Shown one piece after another: positions 41,311 to 52,126 of a stretch of DNA of 64,000 bases. Under the pieces are notes generated by a model that worked only from the letters and a program-made list of their open reading frames with translations, made no database searches and had not been told where the DNA came from. Within the stretch, counting starts at the first letter, position 1, and each line of letters opens with the position of its first letter. The position numbers were made by a program, and so were the translations under genes. This DNA comes from Botryllus schlosseri (taxonomy: Eukaryota): positions 32,676,001 to 32,740,000 of the forward strand of contig CM119372.1 of the NCBI GenBank assembly GCA_051294905.1, read 5' to 3'.

Positions 41311-41919
41311 ATGGAATTGATCCACCCATTCGCGTGTATTGTGAGTGGTCCTTCAAGAAGTGGGAAGACTACTTTTGTTGCAAAGCTGATTAGGCATGCC
41401 ACATCAATGATTAAACCAAGTGTATCCAGGGTCGTATATTGTTACAATAATTATCAGGAAGTTTTCAAGACGATGCATAATGTAGAATTTCACGCCGGTC
41501 TAGATATTTTAGAAGAGTTGAAGGTTTGCTTTGAAGACACCTTGATTATAGTGGATGATTTCATGGCTGAGACCGCGAAAATTGCAGACTACTTTACAAG
41601 ATTTTCACATCATTCGGCCAATTCAATTTGCTATATCACGCAGAACCTGTATCACAAGGGTAAAGGAGCACGTGACTTGAGTCTTTCAAGCTCGTATATG
41701 GTGATTTTCAAGAATCCGCGCGATCAACAACAGATCAGTTTTCTTGGTCGACAAATGTACCCAAACTCTAGATTTTTAACAGAGGCTTATCGTGACGCTG
41801 CTGGGCAACCTCATAGTTATTTATTCCTTGATCTCACGCAAGAAGCACCTGAAAATCGACGAGTTATGACCAATATATTTCCTGGTGAAACCATGGTGGT
41901 TTATAGCCCGATGGTATAA
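41311..41919 (+). CDS. Genome-packaging ATPase (A32-like, FtsK-HerA superfamily)
   Basis: Walker A GPSRSGKT, Walker B LIIVDD, ITQNLY, FKNPRD; intact. Confidence 0.92.
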   Translation: MELIHPFACIVSGPSRSGKTTFVAKLIRHATSMIKPSVSRVVYCYNNYQEVFKTMHNVEFHAGLDILEELKVCFEDTLIIVDDFMAETAKIADYFTRFSHHSANSICYITQNLYHKGKGARDLSLSSSYMVIFKNPRDQQQISFLGRQMYPNSRFLTEAYRDAAGQPHSYLFLDLTQEAPENRRVMTNIFPGETMVVYSPMV

Positions 41920-41952
41920 ATAGCCAAGCGCAGAGACGACTTTAAACTCAAA

Positions 41953-42300
41953 ATGACCAAGGTACCAGCTCGGACACGACGGCATATACCCACACTAGAG
42001 TTCCTACATAAAAGTAAACCCGAGATACGCAAGCAAATTATATCGGGAGCCAGCAAAGAATTTATCGAGTGTATATGCGATTGTACAAAGAACATTTTAA
42101 ACGGCAACATCCCTCTTTCAAAGTATAAAAGAAAGCGACTATCAGTTCATAAATGTAGTTTACGTCGACTTGTCAGGAAAGACATCCCTATTCGACATAA
42201 GAAACGTATGGTTAATCAGAATGGGGGTATGTTTATGACTCTATTATCAAGCATCCTACCCGTCGTCACTGGTTTACTCGGTAATCTTTTCAAAAAATGA
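41953..42300 (+). CDS. Basic Polinton core protein with C-terminal amphipathic helix
   Basis: K/R-rich; QNGG followed by MFMTLLSSILPVVTGLLGNLF. Confidence 0.7.
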   Translation: MTKVPARTRRHIPTLEFLHKSKPEIRKQIISGASKEFIECICDCTKNILNGNIPLSKYKRKRLSVHKCSLRRLVRKDIPIRHKKRMVNQNGGMFMTLLSSILPVVTGLLGNLFKK

Positions 42301-42692
42301 CTTCTTTTAAAAAAATCTTCATAAATCCGAATCCGATCAACGAGGTTGAAGTTCAGAAATTGAATTTGGATATCGACAAATGTATGAGCGACATATTACA
42401 GATGAACATACCCCAAGAACGAAAATTAGCCTTATATAACGACGCACTAAATCGTTATCAAACAAAACACGACACACTGAATCAACAGATGAAAATCGAT
42501 ATATCAGAACAAAGGAATCTATTTTCGGCTAGTGAGTTGGACGCACTGCGACGCCTGATCAAGGGTGAACCATCAAGGATTCCTATACCATCACCGAGTA
42601 GCCAACGAAGCAAAGTAAAGACTCAGCATGCCCCGACGAAGAGCGGTCGTACACCCAAGACCCCGAGACGATACGGATGGGAGCCGTACTAA
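42297..42692 (+). CDS. Polinton protein of unknown function upstream of the integrase
   Basis: DKCMSDIL...ERKLALYNDALNRY pattern; ATGA overlap with the previous gene. Confidence 0.6.
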   Translation: MTSFKKIFINPNPINEVEVQKLNLDIDKCMSDILQMNIPQERKLALYNDALNRYQTKHDTLNQQMKIDISEQRNLFSASELDALRRLIKGEPSRIPIPSPSSQRSKVKTQHAPTKSGRTPKTPRRYGWEPY

Positions 42693-43698
42693 GTATTTCA
42701 CGCCAGGGCTACCTGGTAGTTACCGCGGTGCATACGTATTCTCTAGAGGGCGGAATAGAGCCAAAGTCAAGGAGTTTCTTTCGAGCAAGGACGCGTACAC
42801 AAAACATTTTCCCTATCGAAAGAAATTTAAGAGACCTAGAGTGATTACGTCCGGTCTTGGTGTTCAGTATCAAACCGATCTCATGCATATGCAAAACCTT
42901 TCAAAAGAAAACGACAATTTTAAATATGTGTTGGTGACGATCGATTGTTTCAGTCGATTTTTATATCTGTATCCACTCAAGAACAAAACCTCGCATGGTA
43001 TTATTCGCGGATTCAAGGAAATATTTAAGGATCGTATACCTCATGTTATTCAAAGTGATCAGGGTTCCGAGTTTACTAACCGTGCGTTTCAGACTTTCTT
43101 AAAATGTAACAATGTGCGACATTTTCATACAGATAGTGAACTGAAAGCATCGATATGCGAGCGTGTTATTCGTACTCTGAAGCAGGTATTATACCGCTAT
43201 TTCACGCATAATAAGACTTTGAATTATGTCAATGTCCTGTCTGAGATATGCCAAGGGTATAACACTACTTTTCACGTGGCTATAGGGTGACCTCCAGCGG
43301 ATGTTAATTATTCAAATCAAGAACAAATTTTCCATAGGTTATACGGTGACATGACCCCTAAAAAACCCAAACTAACTATTGGCACACCAGTCAGGATTTC
43401 GAAATCGCGTGGTAATTTTGTAAAAAGTGCCTTGGCAAGTTGGACCGAAGAAATCTTTTTCGTATCTCAATGTCGTAAAGGTGACCCTCCTACTTATCAG
43501 TTGAAAGACTACCATGGTGAAGTTATAGACGGTAGATTTCAACGCGAAGAGTTACAACCAATAACTAAAAATAATAATATTTACAATATCGAAAAAATCC
43601 TGTCTACTCGCAAGAAAGGAAAGAAAACGCAATATCTTGTAAAATGGTTGGGTTACCCGTCTAAATTGAATTCCTGGGTCTCGGATTTGTATAAATAG
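42628..43698 (+). pseudogene. Retroviral-like DDE integrase with C-terminal chromodomain; one in-frame TGA
   Basis: YQTDLMHM, IQSDQGSEF, KASICERVIRTLK; TGA at 43288-43290, then same-frame YNIEKIL...YLVKWLGYP...NSWV. Confidence 0.93.
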
Positions 43699-43707
43699 AC
43701 GCTGAAA

Positions 43708-43941
43708 ATGTTGTTCAACCAAACTATGGATTCTGATTCCGTCTCATCTCGCATGGGTCAAGTCTCGAACAGTCTGAAAAACCAGATTGCGTTTATTGTA
43801 CAGATTTGTATGTTAGTGTGTGTAATCGTGTTTTCATTATATCACATTTCTGTCGGGGTGGATCGTGAAATATATTTAACGCTACTGTCTTCTTCACTTG
43901 GGTATTTATTACCGAATCCATCACCTCACCGTATATGTTGA
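43708..43941 (+). CDS. Small Polinton membrane protein
   Basis: Hydrophobic IAFIVQICMLVCVIVFSLY and IYLTLLSSSLGYLLPNP. Confidence 0.6.
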   Translation: MLFNQTMDSDSVSSRMGQVSNSLKNQIAFIVQICMLVCVIVFSLYHISVGVDREIYLTLLSSSLGYLLPNPSPHRIC

Positions 43942-44698
43942 AAGAAACAATAAAATGTTGTTGACTCTACCTTCGAATGCGAGTTTGGATAAATTTCCGA
44001 ATACTAGCACAGATTTTCAAACGGAACTTTACAAAGAATTAGAAATGAATCGCCATGAGCTAGGATTATGTGAGCTGACCTTCCCCCATGATTTTCAGCC
44101 GCGAATTGAAGTGACAGCGAAAAGTATCGGTTTTGGATTTGTCGATGCGAATGGATACACCGAACGGTATTATATTCCCGAAGGCTCGTATTACAGCATC
44201 GGTGAAATGTTAGAATCGTACGAGAAATATTACATGGGGGACATTTTCATTTTACGAGGATTCGGTGACTTTAGAATCACATTCAGAAGATTAGTCACGA
44301 GTAAAAAAAGACACAAGCGAGCTGCATCCATAAATACCGATACCGCAGACTCTAGCGCCAAACACATACCCCGTACCACGCATGACTCACCCGAGCCTTA
44401 CGGACTGATACCGCTAGGTTCTGTGTTGGACACAATAACATTTAGACGCGTTGTATCTCGTCGCCGCGGAGTGGTAGAATTTATATTTACACCTGCGATA
44501 AAGTTGGAACGGATTGATAAGGTTTATGTGTATTGCGATCTGATACAACCAAGACCACATGGTAACAAGCTGCAACAACTTTTACGGGTGGTTACTGTAA
44601 CCGCTAAACCGAATGAAAACCAAATCAACATATTCCCAAAACCATACTTCTTTGCTTTAGCGAGAAACAATTTTAGAACAATACGAATTTATCTACGT

Positions 44699-46169
44699 CA
44701 GTGGTTCTTAACCTTGCCTCCAGCGCCCCCCAAGGGGCGCTGGCGATTTTGAAGGGGGCGGAAACGCTCAGGGGGCGATATGGGGGGCGCTGGGCTCAGG
44801 GGGGCGATATGGGGGGCGCTGGAGAAAAATGGCTTCGCAGTAGATGATGTGGTAGTAGGACATATCCTTAATGAGTATTCAGAGCGAATTAACACTGAAA
44901 ACTTCGTTATATATAGCCTACAAAAGGCATATAGGTTTAATTGTCCATGGGCGCCTATAAATGACTGGCACCGAATGTTTCTGTCTTGGCAATCTGAACC
45001 TCAGAAGACGAATTCCATCTGGCTGGGAAAAATTATATGCCAGTGAAGAAATACCAATTTGAAATCGTGTGCGTCTTTTAGTTTAGTACGATTGGGCGAC
45101 AGGGATATATAGAACTAGATATCCCTGTTGGGCGATATCCCTGTTGGGTGATTCTATATTTTTTGATATAGCAGACAGGAGGTCACGAAATAACATTATG
45201 CAACGAAGTCATACCAACGGGTCCGCTCGCCCGAATATGTTTAATTATTAGTTACGGCCCCTACAGTTTCCAAGATACCTCACAATGTTCCCTTTACGTT
45301 TTGACGAGTCTGCGCACACCCACTAACTCACTGCGCAGACCCTTGAACAACAGTGCGTAACGACTAAAAAAAGGTCATAACTTCGGATTTGTTGGGCGTA
45401 ACGTAGATTTTCTGTGCGCAGAGACCGTGTCAGCACTGCGCACGTGCGCAGCTTAGAGGGAACATTGCACCTCACTCAGCTCTACCGGTAAATCTGGTAA
45501 CGTGAGCAGAGAGGACAAGAAATTGATAGCAATAAATGCAATTCCCTATCTTACTGACCGATTTTATCATGAATTATCGAAAGTTTTCGCGCTTCGCACT
45601 GGCTCGCTAAACAGTACAGCTGATTTCGTGGCAAAAGCGAACAACGTGATGGGTCGGTTTATCACCGTATGGGAGCCGAAGACCCAAGTTTTTTTCGGGG
45701 GCCCTGGCGAAGTGCCGTTTCGTTCCTGCCAACGGGTATACGCCCGAAGATGTATAATTATTATTGAGGGGTCCTACCTTTTCAATCACACATCACTCAG
45801 CTCTACCGGTAAATCTGATTACGTGGGCTGAGAGGATAAAAAGTTTATAGCGACATATATATGTAATTACCAACTATTCATTCATGCATTATAGAAAATT
45901 TTGGTACCTAGGGCGACCAGGCCACACAAACTTTGCTGACCATCGAAATCACGCTACGGGGTTCTTGGGAGCGAAGCCATCAGAAGTTTGGTTTCTCATG
46001 CTATAGGTGCGCAAGGCAATCGTTTTTAGGGGGGTTGACGAAGTGCTGTTACGGCCCTCCCTCTTACTCATTGTCTTTATTACATTCCTTACAATATGAG
46101 GTTGGGGGGCGCTGGAGCACGATAATTTTTGAAAGGGGGCGCTGGAGGAAAAAAGGTTAAGAACCACTG
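44699..46169. mobile_element. hAT-type non-autonomous element, 1471 bp
   Basis: CAGTGGTTCTTAACCTT...AAGGTTAAGAACCACTG; perfect TSD ATCTACGT. Confidence 0.92.
45100..45127. mobile_element. 28-bp palindromic micro-element
   Basis: CAGGGATATATAGAACTAGATATCCCTG flanked by perfect 8-bp TSD TTGGGCGA. Confidence 0.75.
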
Positions 46170-46260
46170 ATCTACGTGATGCAGCTGGCAACCCTATTAA
46201 ATTTCGAAAAGCACCAGTGACAGTAACCCTACGCTGCCGTCGTAGAGCTGTTGATTCAAT

Positions 46261-46932
46261 ATAAGTTACATCACGTTGTCTGGCACCCAAGGTGAATTCT
46301 CGGTGGTGTTACCGAATGAAATTATTTGTAATGAGCTTGCGTTAATGGATATGAGTTTTGTCAGTGAATCTCTTGATCGAATTATAATCAATCGTGATCA
46401 AGCACTCTGGGAGCTACATAACGAAAAAGATCGAGTAGTAGAAGCGTACCTAACACCACTTGGGAATTATGCAAACAACCTCGAGTTGATGCGAAGAATA
46501 TTATCAGACAGTTTCAAACACTGTTTCACCGAAAGAATCAACGATGAACTTTTCCGAATTCGTTACCCGAAACATATCACACTCCATCCCACGGATATAT
46601 TCACAAATTATTTCACTGTAGTTGATCAAGTGTCGACACCAGTATGTAATGTCTCGTCGATCAAATCTAAACCAACTCAACCCCACCTCAGATATCTATT
46701 TGTGTATATCAATGTACTACGACATCATCCGGTGGGTGATTACATGAGTCAATTGCTTCGTGTGATCCAAGTAAATAACGAGACGTGTATGAGACAAGAA
46801 GTTGTATTTGAAAAACCGTTCTATTTCCCAGTATCGATTAACCACATCCGCGATATAAAAATCACCATCAGGGACCAATACGGTCAGTTAGTATATGATA
46901 TAGAGACCACATTGACACTCCACGCGCGATGA
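46261..46932 (+). CDS. Minor capsid protein (penton) paralogue 2; start codon apparently mutated ATG>ATA
   Basis: ELALMDMSF, YLFVYINV...VGDYMSQLLRVI, YFPV, ITIRDQYG. Confidence 0.75.
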   Translation: MSYITLSGTQGEFSVVLPNEIICNELALMDMSFVSESLDRIIINRDQALWELHNEKDRVVEAYLTPLGNYANNLELMRRILSDSFKHCFTERINDELFRIRYPKHITLHPTDIFTNYFTVVDQVSTPVCNVSSIKSKPTQPHLRYLFVYINVLRHHPVGDYMSQLLRVIQVNNETCMRQEVVFEKPFYFPVSINHIRDIKITIRDQYGQLVYDIETTLTLHAR

Positions 46933-47324
46933 AAATAGTGATGTTAACCACCTCTATGCTTGGTACTGATTTTGAACACAGACTACTCACCATCAACAAC
47001 ATCCCGACGAGATATTGCGAATTAGCCCTCATGGAGATCGATTTCACTTTAACCGAACCGGCGATTGGTCAATATTTGTTTGTGTATTGCGATATTATTC
47101 ACCCTCACTTACTTGGAGATACGTTAGCGAATTTATTACGAGTTATACCGCTGACACCCGGCGATGTCGCACATAATTGGATAGCGACAAATCCGTATTA
47201 TTTCCCTGTTTCAAAAGATGTTGTAGATTCTGTCTGTCTTTACCTCAGGGATGAGTTTGGGAAGCCTATAAATATAATAAGTCGTTCATTGCAAGCTACA
47301 TTTAACATTAGGAAGCGATTATGA
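46929..47324 (+). CDS. Minor capsid protein (penton) paralogue 3, minimal 131 aa
   Basis: ELALMEIDF, YLFVYCDII...LGDTLANLLRVI, YYFPV, LYLRDEFG. Confidence 0.8.
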   Translation: MKIVMLTTSMLGTDFEHRLLTINNIPTRYCELALMEIDFTLTEPAIGQYLFVYCDIIHPHLLGDTLANLLRVIPLTPGDVAHNWIATNPYYFPVSKDVVDSVCLYLRDEFGKPINIISRSLQATFNIRKRL

Positions 47325-47692
47325 AAGTTGTTTTCACGTGTGATCATCATTCTGTCCATCGTCATTATAACCAGACAGGCGATGGTTATGGATATTTTAG
47401 TGGTGGAGTTCAAGCCGGTTCCGGTATCGGGAGTTTGTTTAAATCACTTGGTCGTTTAGTGACACCTATTGCGAAATACGCTGGCGGTCAATTGTTACGG
47501 ACTGGAGGTGAAATAGCGAGAGATCTATTACGGGGTAACTCGATCAAGTCTAGTGTTGTCAAGAGAAGTAAACAAGCTGGCGGTCGAGTGATTGATAAAA
47601 TTTTAACCCCAAAAGCTATAAAAAGGAAAAAAACAAAGTCAAAGAACACTTCATCCAAACGTCGTCGTAAACAACAGGATATATTCGACTAA
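47321..47692 (+). CDS. Polinton core protein (adenovirus pVI/pVII-like architecture)
   Basis: QTGDG and QAGSG motifs, then amphipathic IGSLFKSLGRLVTPIAK and a basic NLS-like tail. Confidence 0.7.
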   Translation: MKVVFTCDHHSVHRHYNQTGDGYGYFSGGVQAGSGIGSLFKSLGRLVTPIAKYAGGQLLRTGGEIARDLLRGNSIKSSVVKRSKQAGGRVIDKILTPKAIKRKKTKSKNTSSKRRRKQQDIFD

Positions 47693-47697
47693 GAACT

Positions 47698-50600
47698 ATG
47701 TTGATGCATGCGGGTTCCCGAGAATGTCATAACTCCGGATTAAACATATTTAGTATACCCCACACGCAAACCAGTATTGAAGAATCGCAATATGTCGTCG
47801 TCAAACCCCATAGTTTAGGTAATGTCATGGAAGTACAATTACCGAGGACGGATCGATATATGGATCTACAAAACACATTCTTGAGATTACGTTTGAAGCT
47901 CACTAAACGCGATGGATCTGATTTAGCAAACGATACACAAGTGGGTCTTGTCAATAACATGATGGATTCTCTTTTCAAACAAATCGATGTAACTATTTCA
48001 AATGAGGTTATCACAAATTCGGATAATTGTCATGCCTACAAAGCTTATATCGCTCGGTTGTTGAATGATACTCACGGTGCCTCGGAGAGTTTTGTGCAAG
48101 GACAAGTATTTTATAAAGATGTCGCTGGCTCTATGGATGTTCTTGGTGCAGCGAATACTGGATATGTTAAACGAAAAGACCTTACCAAAAACAGCACCCC
48201 GCTAGTGTTGATCGGAAAAATTCGAATGGGTCTTTTTGAACAGTCTAGATCAGTGGTTCTCAACCTTTTTTACCCGCGGACTCATCTCAAGCTCGCCAGT
48301 ATACCCGCGGACTCAAGCTATATATTACTGAAAATTTTTTTTTTCTATCCGAGGGAGTGTAATACGGTATCAACAAAAAATGAGCTAAAATTGAGTCAAG
48401 GAAGCTTTCTTAAATCTGTCTTTCCACATCTGTCGGCTTTGCAATTCAAGCAACTATTCAGTAATGCAGACCACATCTCGAGTTCCACTTATATTAGACA
48501 ACTATAGACTGTTTCTGTGATTAGCACATGTCCCTACGATTTGTAATTTCCCAAATAGTCTGTAAGTGAACAAGTCGCCATAATCAATTACCAGCACTCA
48601 GCGTATATCGCGCCGGAAACCTGTGCAATGTGCCTACGTGCAGGGCCGTAACAGCACTTCGTCAGCCCCCCTCAATAACAAAACGTTGGTCTTGGGCCAC
48701 ACAGGCCTTAAACCTAACTTCTGGTGGGCTTCAACCCCAGACCCCCCTTCCGATAATTTTTCTAAAAAGTTGCATAAATTTTCAAAAAACACTCTATAAT
48801 TTATGTTAATTCACGAATAATTTTGGCCCCCCTTCGAGGTCCCCCCCTCAATTATGGGGGTTTGGTGTACGGCAGTTACGGTCCCGCATACGTGTGTAGT
48901 GTATAAAGAGCTGTTTATACCTGGCATATTCTGTATGTGAATTGTTAATAGTGAACACGCGGCATTAAATTCCGAGTCCGGTCGTACTAAATTCAAGTGA
49001 ATCCGACCAAAATTGTAGAGTTTATGACCGTGATAAAATTGCTTATGACAATTTTAGCAATAGGCTATACCTCGAACATAAATGTAGGGCATTTTGAAAA
49101 ATTCCAGTTGGCGATAATTGGGGTTTTATACCTGGCGTGATTGGTATCAAACCAGGATGATGCGACAGATGTGCAAAGCATACCCGTTTTGCCTGTGATA
49201 CTTGCAACCAACTGGTTTGCCCAAGACACAGAAAATCTCAGGAGAACCAATAATGCTTGGAATGCTGATCAATTTGTAGTGGTGCTGTTTCGTTGTTCTT
49301 GCGTTTGAAATATACGTGGCCAAACATCGCTTATTGAGGTATCTCTAATATTGCTTCCAAAACTACATTCACTGCAGTATAATTTATTAACTTGCAGGAA
49401 TTTCGTATGCCCCTTATCAACAAGAGGTAACGGTACAATAAGAAGCATATAGAAAGAGATTCAAACAAAATCCAAATTGGCAAAATATGACGTAACAAGG
49501 GAATGATAAAAAGGAACGGTAGCTGGCCAAAGTCAGCTGTACCGGTACTCCGGTAGTCATAATAAAGGGATAATAGAGAATCAAATTATACGATACTCAG
49601 AAGACGTTACACAGACAATTAGCGGAATATATTAATGGAATATTGAAAGATTGTATACAAACTCTTTAGCCTTTGTATGGTGCCGTTAATTCTTGATAAG
49701 GGAAACCCGAAAAGTCACCGAGGTAATAAATTCTACTGCAATGAATGTAGTTCTGAAAGCACTATTGAAGTTGAGTGCCGCCAGTCACATATTTGAGGTA
49801 TCTATGCATTTTTTATGACAGCTATTAAGGTTACTAACATTTCAAAATAGGTATTTTGCAAATCACTCAGCCTAATCCTCAAATCGGAATTTGACGAAAC
49901 CGGACCAGGACGGGGCTCATTCACTTTCGGACCAAAAAGCTATTTTTTCCGTAAGGCTGCAATGACTTTGGTCCGAAAGTGAACGAGCCCCGTAGGTCTG
50001 TCAATTACATGTTCCGAAATCATATCGGAAGTGGAAGAAAAAGTGTGCCGAGCCGATTGAGTTACTGAAAATTCCTGTGTTCGCGGACTCACCAAGGACC
50101 TTCCGCGGACTCAAATGAGTCCGCGGACTCGGGGTTGGGAAACACTGGTCTAGATGTATGTTGGATAATGTCGACATGAAACTAAAATTTACACATAACG
50201 AAGATAATTTCTGTCTTCTCGGTGACGCGGAGGATGTACAAATTGTTTTACTCGAAATGGAGGTGTATGTCAAACAGATGAAGATCGCTGAAAGTGTAAG
50301 CCTAGCACACAAGTCTGTACTACAGAAGAATACTGCCAAGTATCCCTGGATACGCTTACAAATGTCGACTCATACATTCGCCGCGGGTTTGTCGAAAATT
50401 GATAGAGAGTTAGTTAGCGGCACCATGCCAAAGAAGATCGTAATTGGTTTAGTCGAGACCACGACATTTAACGGTGTTCGAGCCAAAAATCCATTCAACT
50501 TTAAACACTTGATGTTCAAAATCTTTCGTTAAGTGTGGACGGGCGTCAAATTAACGGACGCGAATTTCATTTCGATTTTGATAAACATGGCGGACTCGAA

Positions 50601-50873
50601 GGTTATATGACACTATTCTCTCAGACAGGTCGCTGGGAATCCGAGGCACCTTTAAATATTTCTCGCGAAGATTATGTCAATGGGTACACTCTTTTTGTGT
50701 TTGATTTGACACCTGATAATAGTTTGGGATGTTATCAACTTCATAAGACAGGAACTGTGCATCTGGTTTTGACTACGTCGAAGCCTTTACCAACCTCCGT
50801 AACCTTGTTATGTTTGAAGGAGTTTCAACATCTTCTACAACTGAATCAAAAAAGACAAGTCGTCGAAATATGA
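47698..50873 (+). pseudogene. Major capsid protein (double jelly-roll); MITE-interrupted and frameshifted
   Basis: LNIFSIPHTQTSI, YMDLQNTFL, SLFKQIDV, NPFNFKH, GYTLFVFDLTPD. Removing 48251-50155 restores EQSR|CMLDNVD; 1-nt deletion near 50508. Confidence 0.9.
48251..50147. mobile_element. hAT-type non-autonomous element, 1897 bp
   Basis: CAGTGGTTCTCAACC...GGTTGGGAAACACTG; perfect TSD GTCTAGAT. Confidence 0.92.
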
Positions 50874-51313
50874 ATACGTCTGAGATCGATGATATTCTCT
50901 ATAACCACCCTGACACACAAAGTCTATATCTAGGAACTTATCCAGTAGATCAGTTACCGAAGAAACCAACTAGCGGAAAATTCGCTATCACCATTAATTA
51001 CGATGAGTCGAGTTTGCCTGGGTCTCACTGGGTGTCTATATACAGAGATGACGATACTCATTTTCATGATTCGCTAGGCTTCGGACCACTAAAACCTCAG
51101 ATAATCGAATTCCTGGAGCCGGATGAATTTTCTGTGACTGGGAAACAGTTACAGAGTAAAACTTCAGATGTGTGTGGACATCATGCTATAGCATTCTTGA
51201 TAAAAAGAGCTCAAGGGTTTTCAACCGAGGAATACTTGGATAATTTTGGCGATGATAAAAAAGTGAATGATACGATTGTACGTGCTTTTGTGAAGAGTTT
51301 GATTTCGGAGTAA
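50870..51313 (+). CDS. Adenain-like cysteine protease
   Basis: GSHWV (His), FHDSLG (Asp), LQSKTSDVCG (Gln/Cys); intact; AATAAA follows the stop. Confidence 0.92.
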   Translation: MNTSEIDDILYNHPDTQSLYLGTYPVDQLPKKPTSGKFAITINYDESSLPGSHWVSIYRDDDTHFHDSLGFGPLKPQIIEFLEPDEFSVTGKQLQSKTSDVCGHHAIAFLIKRAQGFSTEEYLDNFGDDKKVNDTIVRAFVKSLISE

Positions 51314-51349
51314 TAAACGAATGTGTAAATGTGTATACTTGTGATTCTT

Positions 51350-52126
51350 GTTGCGACTGTGAACAGCAGACTATTCTGTAGACGCGAAACAGCGAATAAG
51401 CCGAAAGTATTATTCAGGTAGCAATCAATAGCGAGGAAAGAGAAGACGATCGGTCATTTGTCACGACTAAACTACGACATCGTATATAATAATTTACGAT
51501 CAAACTATTTCGCACTGACTGGTCTAGTGTAATAATCGATAGTAGCACACAGCTGGACGGGAAATAATTCAGCGCGCAGGTCATTCGGAATATAGGTCGC
51601 ACGCACTGCGTAATAATCCTTTTGCAAGCCACGTTTCCGTTTGTGCGGTTATTGTTGGTGACTCGTACATATTCAACACCGCACGAGAGATGCCTGAAAG
51701 TACGAATCACGACCGCACCCATAAGAACACATGGCGAGTCACCACAGATCCCGTAAGAATACACGACAGGTAAATCACTGCCACAGTCTATACCTGAAAT
51801 TACGACTTACCAACACGAGTATTTCAATACGATTCACCGCCGCAGCCTATACCCGAAAGTACGAATCACGACCACGAGTTTTCAATACGAGTCACCGCCG
51901 CAGCCTATACCCAAAAGTACGACTCACGACCACGAGTTTTCAATACGAGTCACCGCCGCAGCCTATACCCAAAAGTACGACTCACCACCGCGTCCATAAG
52001 AACCCATTACGAATCACGGCCGAGAGGGGGGTCTGAAAGTACGAATCACCACCCCCGGTTTCAATACGAGTCACCACCCCGCCCATAAGAACCAATAGCC
52101 GTTCGCGACCGATCTACATAACTACT
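51350..52126 (-). repeat. Polinton right TIR (777 bp)
   Basis: Reverse complement of the left TIR, lacking its 5-bp ACACC. Confidence 0.95.

Larger units (their letters stand above)
43955..46264 (+). pseudogene. Minor capsid protein (penton) 1, interrupted by a MITE
   Basis: LTLPSNAS, LGLCEL, VYVYCDLI, QLLRVV; removing 44699-46177 restores IYLR|DAAGNPIKF... Confidence 0.85.
30338..52126 (+). mobile_element. Polinton/Maverick (adintovirus-like) endogenous viral element, full length and decaying
   Basis: AGTAGT...ACTACT termini, 6-bp TSD CCTATA (30332-30337, 52127-52132), long TIRs; pPolB, integrase, ATPase, protease, MCP and minor capsid genes. Confidence 0.97.

Noticed and set aside
44699..44752. 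ORF-track C-termini of penton 1 (QWFLTLPP...) and of MCP (48251-48507)
   Set aside because: These are read-through into inserted MITEs, not viral protein sequence
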